A stretch of DNA of 64,000 nucleotides, from positions 96,001 to 160,000 of the forward strand of contig JBFMAF010000028.1 in NCBI GenBank assembly GCA_040755995.1, given 5' to 3'. Shown here piece after piece: positions 20,547-33,171 of the stretch. Origin of the DNA: Acidobacteriota bacterium. Lineage in GTDB: Bacteria > Acidobacteriota > CAIWXX01. Within the stretch, counting starts at the first letter, position 1. Every line of letters starts with the position of its first letter. A program made the translations under genes and the position numbers. The notes beneath the pieces were generated by a model. It was not told where the DNA came from, did no database searches, and worked only from the letters and a program-made list of their open reading frames with translations.

Positions 20547-22066
20547 TGATCTCGGATTTCGGATTTCGAGTTTCGGATTTTCGGACCGCGCCGTCTGACA
20601 TCCGAGACTCCCGGCCCGAGCTTCCCAGTCGCGCATCGAATCGCGCGGAGATCTGCCTGCTGACTGCGGTCGCGCTTCTCTCGGGATCCCTGTTGCGCGC
20701 GGAGACGCGCCTGGAGTTCGCCGACCATGTGAGGATGGTAAGCTGCGAGCCGGCCTCCAGAGTGCCATGTTTCCGGCTCAAGGCGAGCCTCGTAGACGCT
20801 CAGGGGACGCCCGTGGCCGCGGAGGTGCCCGCCGGCAGCGACGTGGTCCAGTACCTGACCGTTCGTTTCAACGGGCAGGAGTATGCTCCGTTCTATGCGA
20901 CGACCGGGAGTGGTGAGGGAACCGGCGAAGTCCGCCGGCGTATGGCGCTCATTCTCATGGACGTGAGCGGGAGCATGAGGGAGGTCTTGCCGGGGGGACA
21001 GACCAGGTTCGCAGCTGCAAGATCCGCGGCCGCCGAGTTCCTCCGCAACTTCGAGAGCGGTGTCGACCGGGTCGCCGTCGTGCCGTTCGGGAGCCGCAAC
21101 GTGATATCGACGATCCGATCTGCCCGCTTCGCGACAACGTCGGATGAAGCGCTGCGGCAGATCCAATCGCTTCCGGACCCGCTGCCGACGAGCAACACGG
21201 CGTTGTATTCGGCGGTCGCCACGGGGATCGACGTTCTCATCGAACAGGGGCGCGTCCCGTCGAGCTCAACCGAGGCCGTTCTCGTGGTAATGACCGACGG
21301 CAAGAATTTCGTGCGGCAGGGCGATGACGACCCCGGGCTCCTGGAGGGACCGGCCGGCCTGCAGCAGGTCGCCGAGAAGGTGCGGGCCATGGGCATCCAG
21401 GTGCTGGCCATCGGCCTCGGAGACCACCTCACGATCGACCAAGCAGCAATGCGCCAGATCAGTACGAAACTCTATATGGTGCAGGATATCGACGCCTTGA
21501 AGCATGCCTTCTTCGTGGCCCGCGGACTGTTCATCAACCGCATACAGGCCACCGTCGCCTCTCCGTGGGAGGACCGGGCATCGCTCGCCGGCAAGTCTCT
21601 CCGAATCCAGCTCGTGATGCGCCTGCCCGGCGGGCAGCAGATCGAGACACCGGAGACCGTCTGGTCTGCGCCGCAGATAGGGCTTCCGATCTACGAGGGG
21701 AACTGCGACTCGGCCGAGATGAAAGCGTTCCTCGACGTCCACAAGGCGTCGTCCGCCGCTGAGTGGTTGCCGCTGGTGAGGCCGATCCTGGTCTTCCTTG
21801 CGCTGGGTACCATCCTGCTGATCCTCTGGTTCTGGATCCCGCGGCTCGTCTGGGCCGACCAGTATGTCGGGGATCTGCGCGCGATTCACGGAGGAGCCCG
21901 GTGGCAGGGAGAGGGTGCTGGTTCGCGCCAGGAGCGGATGCCGGGGCGTCCGGCGCCTCCGGGATTCGACAAGGCCGGGGGGGCTCGGCCGCCGCTTAAG
22001 CGAGACCCTGGAGATCTGACGATCAGAGGAAGGATCGGGCAGATCAAAGACGATAGACGAGACTAA
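20543..22066 (+). CDS. Membrane-anchored VWA domain protein
   Basis: MIDAS DVSGS, TALY and MTDG; N-terminal hydrophobic segment and C-terminal TM helix. ATGA overlap with the upstream gene; start uncertain. Confidence 0.85.
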   Translation: MMISDFGFRVSDFRTAPSDIRDSRPELPSRASNRAEICLLTAVALLSGSLLRAETRLEFADHVRMVSCEPASRVPCFRLKASLVDAQGTPVAAEVPAGSDVVQYLTVRFNGQEYAPFYATTGSGEGTGEVRRRMALILMDVSGSMREVLPGGQTRFAAARSAAAEFLRNFESGVDRVAVVPFGSRNVISTIRSARFATTSDEALRQIQSLPDPLPTSNTALYSAVATGIDVLIEQGRVPSSSTEAVLVVMTDGKNFVRQGDDDPGLLEGPAGLQQVAEKVRAMGIQVLAIGLGDHLTIDQAAMRQISTKLYMVQDIDALKHAFFVARGLFINRIQATVASPWEDRASLAGKSLRIQLVMRLPGGQQIETPETVWSAPQIGLPIYEGNCDSAEMKAFLDVHKASSAAEWLPLVRPILVFLALGTILLILWFWIPRLVWADQYVGDLRAIHGGARWQGEGAGSRQERMPGRPAPPGFDKAGGARPPLKRDPGDLTIRGRIGQIKDDRRD

Positions 22067-22105
22067 CGCAGCTAGCCGGCTCCGCCGGCGGGAGGTTGGA
22101 AGAAT

Positions 22106-22609
22106 ATGCCGCTAGTGAAAGTGATTCGCAAAGGGGTGACCCCCGCGATCCGCAAGGTTCCCACGTCTACGACCGCGGCCGTCATGCCGATGACTCTGGA
22201 CCGCGTCGGCAAGGAGGTCGCTTCCGAGAACGAGGAAGCCACCAAGGTCGAGTCGGCTCAGGACGCGTTCGAGAAGTTCAAGCCGGCGCTGGATTTCAAG
22301 GCGCGAGCGGGCGAGGAGGAGACGGAGTTCCGAGCTGAGTTTCGTTTTCGGAGCATCAAGGATTTCGATCCTGAGAACCTGCAGAAGCGCCAGGAGATCA
22401 AGAACGCGGACGGCACGGTGGACGTACTCCGCAACGACATCGCGGACCTCAAGAACGGGATCGATCTGCTGTACCGTCTCAAGGACCGCTGGAAGCTTCC
22501 CGCAGTGCGCCGGGCATGGGGCGCGGAGAACCAGCGCAAGGAGATTATCAACGCCCTGGGGCGGCTTCGTGGCGAGCTCGAAAAGGTCGCCGGGAGGGGA
22601 GGTAAGTGA
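22106..22609 (+). CDS. tssB: Contractile sheath small subunit, TssB-like
   Basis: FEKFKP...FRFRSIKDFDPE motif, 167 aa, directly precedes the TssC-like gene. Confidence 0.7.
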   Translation: MPLVKVIRKGVTPAIRKVPTSTTAAVMPMTLDRVGKEVASENEEATKVESAQDAFEKFKPALDFKARAGEEETEFRAEFRFRSIKDFDPENLQKRQEIKNADGTVDVLRNDIADLKNGIDLLYRLKDRWKLPAVRRAWGAENQRKEIINALGRLRGELEKVAGRGGK

Positions 22610-23955
22610 TGCCGGAAGAGGTTGCAACCAAGACCAGGACGACGGGGGAGATTCTTGGAGAGAGTGCAGCACGCGAGCTGCTGCAGGACATCTTCGCCGA
22701 CCTGCACCCGGGCCTGATCGACGAGACGCGTGACATCGCCAGCATCTTCACGCCTCAGTCGGCCGGCGAATTCCTCACGCAGCTCACGAACCTGGAGCAT
22801 CTCCTCAGCGACACCGACACCTATGAAGACACGGTGAAGAAGATTCAGTCTCAGATCGACAAGGGCGAGAAGACCCGGGATGAGCTGTTGGCGCAGATTT
22901 TCCAGAAGATCCGGCCGCTGGAGAAGAGCTATCGCCAGCTGATGATGTTCTTCGAGAACTCGAAGGTGCCGGACGGAAAGGTGCGCAAGCCGGTCGAGTG
23001 CTACGTGCTCAACGCCGACACCAAGGCGATGACCGACGTGTTCGGAATGAACATTGCCGCCCTCGAGAACTTCGTGCGCAAGCGGAACGACAACTTCAAT
23101 TTCCGCGACGACATCTGCAATCTGGTCATCCCCGGCTACGTGCCGCAGACGGTGCGCGAGAAGCTCGAAGACCTCGCCAACGCCTGGGGCATGCTCCTGA
23201 TCACCGACATCGACGACGAGAAGTCGTTCAAGAATGTCGAGCGGAACTTCCTGCCCGGCGGCAAGTATGAGTTCATGAAGCGTCCCGAAGACCGAGCGGC
23301 CGCGGATGTGGTCACGATGGGATACCTGCAGCTCAGGTCGGCGCACTGGTTCGAGAAGCAGGTCGAGGGTGGTGATGACCTCTACGGCCCGCCATCGGTG
23401 GTGTTCGCCGGGGCGCTCGCTCGCGCCGACGATCAGCAGGGGCTGGCCCAGGGGCCGATAGGGTCGCGTTTCGGGCAGATCTCCGGCGCGGAGAATTGCC
23501 GCGTCGAGCCGCTCATCGGCGAGATGGAGCACCTCAGTATGGAGCGCCAGCTCATCCCGATCATCCGCGACGCCGACAATCATCTATGCTTCTTCGGATG
23601 CCGGACGCAGGCCGAAGATCCATACGGCGTCCTGAAGTTCTTCACCTCCTACAGGATCCTGCGATTCCTGGAACGCTGCTGCAGGCATTATCTGCTGCAG
23701 GTCGCCGGACAGGTGCTCACACGGGAGTTCATGGAGGAGAACATCGAGAAGCCGCTGCGGCGCCTGCTCAATGAACAGCTCGAGCAGGGCACTATCAGCG
23801 GGTTCGAGCTGACCGTCGACAAGGATTCGCAGAAGCGCATGCAGGGCATCTGTGACATCACGCTGACCGTCATGCCAACCGGGCCCGCCGAGACGTTCGT
23901 CCTGAAGATCGACGTACCCGAGTTTTCCAAGGGAGGCGACGCGGCAAAAAAGTAG
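22606..23955 (+). CDS. tssC: Contractile sheath large subunit, TssC-like (resembles DUF5458/T6SS-iii)
   Basis: LEKSYRQLMMFFEN, LVIPGY and PPS..FAG, with a phage-sheath-like C-terminal domain. Confidence 0.78.
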   Translation: MMPEEVATKTRTTGEILGESAARELLQDIFADLHPGLIDETRDIASIFTPQSAGEFLTQLTNLEHLLSDTDTYEDTVKKIQSQIDKGEKTRDELLAQIFQKIRPLEKSYRQLMMFFENSKVPDGKVRKPVECYVLNADTKAMTDVFGMNIAALENFVRKRNDNFNFRDDICNLVIPGYVPQTVREKLEDLANAWGMLLITDIDDEKSFKNVERNFLPGGKYEFMKRPEDRAAADVVTMGYLQLRSAHWFEKQVEGGDDLYGPPSVVFAGALARADDQQGLAQGPIGSRFGQISGAENCRVEPLIGEMEHLSMERQLIPIIRDADNHLCFFGCRTQAEDPYGVLKFFTSYRILRFLERCCRHYLLQVAGQVLTREFMEENIEKPLRRLLNEQLEQGTISGFELTVDKDSQKRMQGICDITLTVMPTGPAETFVLKIDVPEFSKGGDAAKK

Positions 23956-23972
23956 CCCAGCCGCGGACGGGA

Positions 23973-24491
23973 ATGACCAAGCCATCGCACGGACCAATTG
24001 ACGTCCGAATGACACGCTCGATCGGGAAAGAGCGCCGGCAGCCGTCTGCCCGCGAGGAGGCCGACGACGGGATCGGAGATCGCAAGCCGGAGCCGTTCCG
24101 GGCATCGCTGGGCGTGAAGGTAGCGGGCGCGGTCGGGCAGAAGTTCGAGTTTCGGGCGAGGCCTGACCGTGCCGGTGAACTGCTGCCAGACGGTGCGGCA
24201 GGGGACAGCGCCGAGGCGGCAGCCGAAGAGAGGCGCCACCAGGAGCGATTCGACCCGAAGCTGGGCGTCAAGGCGGCCGGCGCGGTGGGGCAGAAGTTCC
24301 AGTTCGCGGCGCGACCGACGGGGCCCGGAGAGCTGCTGCCCGCTGCAGAGGAGGTCAAACCCGAGCCAGCGATGCGAGCGACGACAGAGAATTCGACATC
24401 CGCCGAAGCTGCGCCGGCGCCCGCGCCCACACGCGGGGTATTCGGATCGATTCTGGGAGGCCTGGGCCGCCTGTTCCGCCGGCGACGCTAG
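23973..24491 (+). CDS. Hypothetical protein with a duplicated ~31-aa motif and amphipathic C-terminus
   Basis: LGVKxAGAVGQKFxFxARP..xGELLP occurs twice; ends GVFGSILGGLGRLFRRRR. Confidence 0.7.
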   Translation: MTKPSHGPIDVRMTRSIGKERRQPSAREEADDGIGDRKPEPFRASLGVKVAGAVGQKFEFRARPDRAGELLPDGAAGDSAEAAAEERRHQERFDPKLGVKAAGAVGQKFQFAARPTGPGELLPAAEEVKPEPAMRATTENSTSAEAAPAPAPTRGVFGSILGGLGRLFRRRR

Positions 24492-24537
24492 AGGCCTCTA
24501 GGGTCAAGTCAACAGGAATCATTCAAGGAGGTTTAAC

Positions 24538-24999
24538 ATGGCCGCTCCGTACAGATCCACAGTGACGATCGATGGGGACAAGTTCGACGCCGTCTCCACG
24601 GGCGTTGCGTTCAACACACTCAAGGACAGGGCCGGCATGCCGGAGATGGGGAGTCTCACGACGTCCATCAAGGTCTTTGTCGATTTCCACGACGATCAGA
24701 ACATGCCGCATGCAACGCTGAAGAAGCTCTTCGATCTTGCGAACGTCGTCACGCGCGACAAGATCAAGGACATCAAGCTCGAGTTCTGGAAGGACGACGC
24801 CAAGCAGGACGCCCTGTGCAGCTATGCCTTCAAGGGCTGGATCAGCAAGTTCGAGACGTGCAACCCGATGCCGAGCAGTGCCGTGGGCTCCGGCGCCACC
24901 GATCTGTCGCCGTATTCCACGATCAACCACCTGCTCATCCTGGAGCTCGAACCGGTCCTCAACCAACAGAACTTCAAAGAGATCACGATGAGCAATTAG
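24538..24999 (+). CDS. Tube protein, Hcp/TssD-like
   Basis: 153 aa, beta-rich (KDIKLEF, YAFKGWISKF), strong RBS AAGGAGG, downstream of the sheath genes. Confidence 0.65.
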   Translation: MAAPYRSTVTIDGDKFDAVSTGVAFNTLKDRAGMPEMGSLTTSIKVFVDFHDDQNMPHATLKKLFDLANVVTRDKIKDIKLEFWKDDAKQDALCSYAFKGWISKFETCNPMPSSAVGSGATDLSPYSTINHLLILELEPVLNQQNFKEITMSN

Positions 25000-25186
25000 G
25001 TAGGGGCGAGCGGCGCTCGCCCTCGGCGCGAGTGCCGCGCGCGCTGCGGCGAGCAGCACCTCGTCCCTACATGGACGTGCAGGGGCGAGCGGCGCTCATC
25101 CCGCATCGTGCAGCGCACCCTCCCAATCGATATCTTGACCTCACGCGAGTCCCCGCCCCCGGGGGATTGGACTGTGCAGTAGTCGT

Positions 25187-25546
25187 ATGCCGTTTGTCGA
25201 ATTCCCTCTCCGGCTCACTGGCGGATTCCTTCGCCGCACGGGAGAACCGGAGGCTGTCCTGGCGCTCATCGAGATCATGGGAAGAACGCCTCACGGCTCG
25301 TGGCGCGGCTCTGCGCATTTCGGTCTTCGGGACCTGCTGACTGACCCGAAGAGCCGGCAGGAGTTCGGATCGGTGGCGATGCAGCAGATCAACCTTGCAC
25401 TCGATGACATCGGCATCAAGGACTACAGGGTACAGAGCGTGCAGCGCGAACAGGCGACACGCGAGGGCTCGGAATCATACGCGATCACCCTCGCTTCGAC
25501 CCAAGAGAAAGACCGCCTGTACGCCACCAGGGTTGTGCGGAGCTGA
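25187..25546 (+). CDS. tssE: gp25/TssE-like baseplate protein
   Basis: LIEIMGRTPHGSW....FGL pattern, 119 aa, precedes the TssF-like gene. Confidence 0.65.
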   Translation: MPFVEFPLRLTGGFLRRTGEPEAVLALIEIMGRTPHGSWRGSAHFGLRDLLTDPKSRQEFGSVAMQQINLALDDIGIKDYRVQSVQREQATREGSESYAITLASTQEKDRLYATRVVRS

Positions 25547-25595
25547 ATCGTGTTGCCGCAGGTACTCACGAGCAAGTGTCGGGTTGCGTGGAGCA

Positions 25596-25679
25596 GACGC
25601 GGGGACGCGGGGACGCGGATACGCGGAGAACCGCTCGGGGGACATTCACCGCGTCTCCCTGCCACCGCGTCTCCGTGTC
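25596..25679. repeat. Inverted octamer tandem repeats (GACGCGGG)n / (CCGCGTCT)n
   Basis: Seen directly between tssE and tssF; the two arms can pair. Confidence 0.7.
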
Positions 25680-25701
25680 TGGTTTCGCTGGCAGGTGTCT
25701 G

Positions 25702-27399
25702 ATGGCCTACGGTAAGACGACAGCGGCGGAAATCGACAAGAAACTGCGGGATGATTTCCGAAAACGACTACAGGACTATGGTGTATCTGCCGAGGCGACC
25801 GATCCCATGCTCGCCGTGCTCTTCCGCACGTTCGCGACGCAGCTCGATGGCCTGTACTCCGAGACGGAGCGGATTCGACTTGCGCTGCTCGACGAGCTGG
25901 TGGCGGGGCTGGGCATCGAGGGACGTGCGGCGCGGGCCGCTCAGACTGTGGTCCGCTTTCACAGCGCCTCCGGCACGCAATTCGTGGACGCGGGCACCGA
26001 GCTGATCGGCGAGGCGCAGTCCGGCGAGAGACTCACATTCGCCACCGACGCGGCCATAGCCGTGTCGCCGGCTTCGATCGCGCTGGCCGCCGTGTACCAG
26101 AACGGATCTCTGCAGCTTCTGTCCGCTGTGGAGATGTCCGAGGACATCCAGAACGCACGCCCGTCGCTGGATCCGGTCCGTGTCAATCTTGGGACGAATC
26201 CGGCGATCTTCCTTGCGATCGATGGTGTACCGGCGAATCACCTCGGCCAGCACGGCTTTTTCGTTCAGGTGAGCCCCTACGCCAGAGGGGTACAGCAGGC
26301 GCTGCGGCGTGAGACCTGGTGCCTTGCCGGATACGAGGGTGACTTCGGCGCGACTGGCATCCTGCGCCCTCACCGTGCCAGCGCCGGCGTCCAGATGCTG
26401 CGATGGCTGCTGGCCGATGCCGCGCGCGAAGAGAGCGAGGGCTCGGATACCGGGGCTCCGAAGCTCCCGGATGGCTTCTACGCCGGGCGGCTCTTCATTC
26501 TCCCCGTCGTCCCACCCGGCCGCCGCTTCCTCTGCCGCGCTCCACGGGGCATGGAGCCCGCGATGGGCACGATTTTTGGGCGGAACGCTCCGGCCGTCCT
26601 CGATCGCAAGCGCGCCTGGCTGCGCATCTCCATGCCGCGCGACGTGCCGGACCTTGCGACGGCGCTCACGGCCGTCTCGCTGCATGCGGTGAGCGCGTCC
26701 AACATCGAGTGCCTGAACCAGACGATCGCGTTCGAGAAGCATGGTACCAACATCCCCGTGAGCGTCGAGGCGGGGACGTCCAAGTACCTGGTGGCGCCTC
26801 TGTCGATTCTCGGCGAAGGCGGAGGGAGCTACCTGCCGGAGCTCGAACCCTCGTTCGACCCCGGCGCCGGTCGATACTCCATTCGGAACGGCCGCATACA
26901 CCTGCAGCCGGCCCAGCATCAGGATGGCCGCGTCGATGCATACGCCAATCTGCGCCTCTGGGTCACCAATGGCCCCGTAGGCAACGGGGTCGGTCCTGGC
27001 AAAGTCCAATCCTTCCTCAGAAGCGGCTCCTCCCCGGCACTCCGTCTCACCAATCCGACATCAGCCGCCGGAGGCACCGACGCCGAGACGTTCGCGCAGG
27101 CGCAGGCCCGGTTCGCCAGCGTGCTGCTTTCGAGGGAACGCATCGTGACTCGGGCCGACGTGACGGCGGCCGTACGCGCCTTCGACCGGAGAGTGCAGCA
27201 GGTGGATATCTCGTCCGGTTTGAAGCGAACAGAGCACGGGCTGGCTCGACTGCAGCGAGTCAAGGTCGGCCTCGCCCAGTCCGATTTCACTGATCCGGAG
27301 GCCGAATCGCGAATTCTGCGCGAGGAGATCGAGAGCTACTTGCAGCAGCGTTTCTTCTACGACATGGCGATCGAAGTCGAAACGGAGTGGGCAGTCTGA
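25702..27399 (+). CDS. tssF: Baseplate wedge protein, TssF/baseplate-J-like
   Basis: N-terminal DPMLAVLF; C-terminal NPTSAAGGTDAE...LLSRERIVTRAD. Confidence 0.78.
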   Translation: MAYGKTTAAEIDKKLRDDFRKRLQDYGVSAEATDPMLAVLFRTFATQLDGLYSETERIRLALLDELVAGLGIEGRAARAAQTVVRFHSASGTQFVDAGTELIGEAQSGERLTFATDAAIAVSPASIALAAVYQNGSLQLLSAVEMSEDIQNARPSLDPVRVNLGTNPAIFLAIDGVPANHLGQHGFFVQVSPYARGVQQALRRETWCLAGYEGDFGATGILRPHRASAGVQMLRWLLADAAREESEGSDTGAPKLPDGFYAGRLFILPVVPPGRRFLCRAPRGMEPAMGTIFGRNAPAVLDRKRAWLRISMPRDVPDLATALTAVSLHAVSASNIECLNQTIAFEKHGTNIPVSVEAGTSKYLVAPLSILGEGGGSYLPELEPSFDPGAGRYSIRNGRIHLQPAQHQDGRVDAYANLRLWVTNGPVGNGVGPGKVQSFLRSGSSPALRLTNPTSAAGGTDAETFAQAQARFASVLLSRERIVTRADVTAAVRAFDRRVQQVDISSGLKRTEHGLARLQRVKVGLAQSDFTDPEAESRILREEIESYLQQRFFYDMAIEVETEWAV

Positions 27400-27406
27400 G
27401 GTGCCG

Positions 27407-27437
27407 GTTGTCAGTTGCCAGTTGTCGGTTGTCAGTT
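27407..27437. repeat. Heptamer tandem repeat (GTTGTCA)n
   Basis: GTTGTCA GTTGCCA GTTGTCG GTTGTCA; the same family occurs at 52332. Confidence 0.75.
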
Positions 27438-27511
27438 AAGGCCGGGCGGGCGGAACGCACGGAGCGTTGGCGCAGTGCGGGGGTCAACGTCTGCGACAGG
27501 GCACGGCTCCA

Positions 27512-28435
27512 ATGACGCCCACCGTACACCCGCGCATGCCGGATTTCTCGCATTCTCATCCGGGCTTTCATCACACGGTCGACTCAGCGCTCGAGGTGCT
27601 GTCGAGCCTCAGTGTGCTGCCGTCGCGCGTGACGCTGCGCATGGCTGGGCGCGGCTGGCCGACTTGCCGCGTGGTCCACCAGAGCCCGCCGCCCGGCGCG
27701 GAGCTCACCCCCGACCAGACGATCACTCTTCACGTCGCGGGCGTCGGCTTTTTCCAGTCGCTCCCGGTGGGCATGTGGGACAGAGGCGGCGAGGTCGAGA
27801 TGGGCACGCAGGAGATTCTGGAAATCGTGGACGACCCGCTCCAGAAGGCCGCGCATTGGCTGCGCGAAGGCGCCCGCCTCTTCGACGTGCGCCCCGACAA
27901 CCCGCAGGCCTGCGCCCGCTGGATCTCGCTCTTCGGCCTCTCGGCCGAAGGCTGGCCCGCCGAGTGCTGGTACAACCTGGCGTTGTTCCTGCCAAATCTC
28001 CAGCGGCTCGCGGGCAGGGAGATCGGCATCCGCTTCGCACTTCAGCTCGTTCTCGGTCTGCCCCTCTCCGAGATCCGCGGGAGACGCTCGTTCAGCTACC
28101 TTCAGGAAGCTGACCTCTCGCTGCTGGCGCAGTCATCCAGCCGGCTCGGGGTCGACCTCATCGTGGGTGACTGCATCGAGGACGTGGCGCGCCTCGTGCT
28201 GGTGATCGGGCCCGTGCCGCTCGCCACCTACTACGAATACCAGGAAGCCGACAGGCAAAGAGTCCTCGACTCGGTGCTTCAGCTATGCGTGACGTGCCAT
28301 CAGAAGTATCGAGTCTCATGGCTGGTTCAAGATCCCGGACGCCCGCCACGACTCGGCTTCGAAGAACAGAATGCCCGCCTGGGCATCAACTCGCATCTGG
28401 GCAAGAACGCATCCGCACTCGTTGCCCTCGGCTAG
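27512..28435 (+). CDS. tssG: Baseplate protein, TssG-like
   Basis: GFFQSLP, LGLP, SRLGVDLIVGD and LVIGPV; follows the TssF-like gene. Confidence 0.7.
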   Translation: MTPTVHPRMPDFSHSHPGFHHTVDSALEVLSSLSVLPSRVTLRMAGRGWPTCRVVHQSPPPGAELTPDQTITLHVAGVGFFQSLPVGMWDRGGEVEMGTQEILEIVDDPLQKAAHWLREGARLFDVRPDNPQACARWISLFGLSAEGWPAECWYNLALFLPNLQRLAGREIGIRFALQLVLGLPLSEIRGRRSFSYLQEADLSLLAQSSSRLGVDLIVGDCIEDVARLVLVIGPVPLATYYEYQEADRQRVLDSVLQLCVTCHQKYRVSWLVQDPGRPPRLGFEEQNARLGINSHLGKNASALVALG

Positions 28436-28459
28436 AACGTGACAGAATGGAAGTGACCC

Positions 28460-30190
28460 ATGAGAGACGATGACATCAAGCTCGGCTCGGTGAACTTCGA
28501 ACACGGGATGCTGCTCACGCCGGAGCACTTCTTGCGAATGGAGCAGTACATCGACTCGTCGGTGATCTGGATGCTGCGCCACATGTCCTCGGCGTTCGGT
28601 CTGATCGGCGGCGGTCCGAGACTGCCCGAGAGCGAACGAGGCGCCGTGCACCACGATCCGATCGTCGTGATCGACGCCGACGATACCGGTGTCAACGTAA
28701 CGGTCACGCAGTGCCGGGCGCTGACACCCGCGGGCTGCATCGTCGACATCGACCCGGCGCATCCCATCCGGCGCCGGTTCGGCGGGAAGGATCTCGAGGG
28801 GGTTACCGAGTCGCCCATCTACGTGGTATGCACGCCGCACGAGAAGCAGCCGGTGCAGGGGGTCGCCGATGAATTCAACCCGCAGATGCAGACCGAGCGG
28901 CGCCCGGTGTACTCGATAGCCCTTCAGGTCCATGCCGACTGGACGGCTTACAGCGCCGCCGTCGCGCGGCTGCGCCGCCCGCCTCACGGCGCAGGCTACG
29001 AGAAGGACCCCGAGTTCATACCCGCCTGCACGTCGATGGTCAACCACAGCCAGCTAGCAGCAGGATGGCGGCAGGTCGTCGAGGCGGTGACCCATCTGGC
29101 AAGCCGCTACACCGAGCTCCACCGCGCCATGATGGAGTTCGTGACGCTGTTCAAGGAGCGCGGCATAGAGACCGAGCTCGACATGGAGACCATGAACTTC
29201 ACCGGCCGCATGGTGGTCGCGCTGCAGGACTGCATCTATGGCGTCCTCGATCCCGTGCAGATGCCCCAGAGCTTCTTCGGCGCCCTGCGCCGCTTCTTTC
29301 ACAGCGCCGCGGTCTACCTGGACCTCAGCCCGTCCGTACGGCAGTACTTCGAGCTGCTGAAGGAGAGCGGCGAGACCGAGTTCATCGCGCTGCTCGAACA
29401 GCAGCGCAAGGTGCTCTCGCTCACCCCCCGCTGGAACGTGCACGACGACCTCGGTGTCGAGCTGCGATCGGCGCTGCAGTCGATCTCATCGTTGCAACGA
29501 CTGGAGGGCGCGCTCGAAGGCAAGTACCTCGACTTCCACATCAACCGCGCGCTCGACGCGATGAACTTCGTGTTCGACCGCGGAGGGAAGGTCCTGTACA
29601 AGCTCGCCGCGAAGCCGTCGCGCGTGCAGGGGTTTGCCGACGAGCTCACCGTTACCTTTGCCAACCTCCGTCTGGAGGGACGCGACAAATACAGGCTGGT
29701 GCTGGTCGGCGAGCAGAACGCCACCTTCGAGAAGGGGACGCGGATCACCGTCGAGATCCGCATAAACGAGGGGTCCGGATTCAAGCGGAAACCGCTGATC
29801 ATGCCGTGCGACGCGCGAATGAGCGGACAGTGCAACTTCGAATTCGACTTCGAGGCGCCCGACGTCCCCACCATCACCGACCTGCGTGTGGCGCTGCCGG
29901 GCCATCACCCGTTTCGTACGGCACTGCTGTTCGTCCGGCAGCGGTTCTACGCCGGAGCCGGAGCCGAGCCGCCGGCACGGCACGTGCAGCCGCTGGAAGC
30001 GCCGCCATCGCCCAGGACCGAGCCGGTGCCGCGCCCGCAGCGTCCTGTGCCGCCGCAGCAGCCGGGCTTCGGCCCGCCCGAGCCCCCCGCCGAGCATCGC
30101 CCGCCGTGGGAGGCGCCCGATCGGGGCGGCCGGCGGCCGCAGGAACCCGAGCCGCCGCCACAGCCGCCTCGACGGCGAAGACTCGAATGA
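28460..30190 (+). CDS. tssK: TssK-like baseplate-membrane connector with a Pro-rich tail
   Basis: VNFEHGMLLTPEHF..MEQY, CRALTPAG and FIPAC. Confidence 0.72.
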   Translation: MRDDDIKLGSVNFEHGMLLTPEHFLRMEQYIDSSVIWMLRHMSSAFGLIGGGPRLPESERGAVHHDPIVVIDADDTGVNVTVTQCRALTPAGCIVDIDPAHPIRRRFGGKDLEGVTESPIYVVCTPHEKQPVQGVADEFNPQMQTERRPVYSIALQVHADWTAYSAAVARLRRPPHGAGYEKDPEFIPACTSMVNHSQLAAGWRQVVEAVTHLASRYTELHRAMMEFVTLFKERGIETELDMETMNFTGRMVVALQDCIYGVLDPVQMPQSFFGALRRFFHSAAVYLDLSPSVRQYFELLKESGETEFIALLEQQRKVLSLTPRWNVHDDLGVELRSALQSISSLQRLEGALEGKYLDFHINRALDAMNFVFDRGGKVLYKLAAKPSRVQGFADELTVTFANLRLEGRDKYRLVLVGEQNATFEKGTRITVEIRINEGSGFKRKPLIMPCDARMSGQCNFEFDFEAPDVPTITDLRVALPGHHPFRTALLFVRQRFYAGAGAEPPARHVQPLEAPPSPRTEPVPRPQRPVPPQQPGFGPPEPPAEHRPPWEAPDRGGRRPQEPEPPPQPPRRRRLE

Positions 30191-30243
30191 GGGTCGCCAG
30201 AACCATCCGCCTGATCGAAATCGCGAAGTGAAGGAGGACCGCA

Positions 30244-32859
<2,616 letters not shown>

Positions 32860-33171
32860 AGCGGATGCGCGGTGCCCCAATGCATGCGGTGACGATCGCG
32901 GAGACCTCTGCGAGGGGCACGATCGAAATGAACCTTTGGGAGGCGGCGGTCTATCATTCGTGTCGAAGCTTTCAGACCAAGCCGGCGAAAGCGCCGCCTG
33001 TAGCAGAGGAGGCACCGTCTTCCTGCTACAATTCAAACAGAGAGCTGGCGGGCCACGAGACGTTCGTGCCCGCGGGTCAATTCGTCGACGAGCGACGCCG
33101 GCGAGGCTTCAACCTGAGCGAGCGCGTGGCATGCCTCGGCATTCCCCAGTCGGCGGTAGGAGCCGGGTTCG

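Noticed and set aside
32865..33171. Small ORFs or sRNA after the Clp ATPase as a possible PAAR or effector
   Set aside because: No PAAR motif or convincing coding signal; only a TGCTACAAT box and one hairpin.
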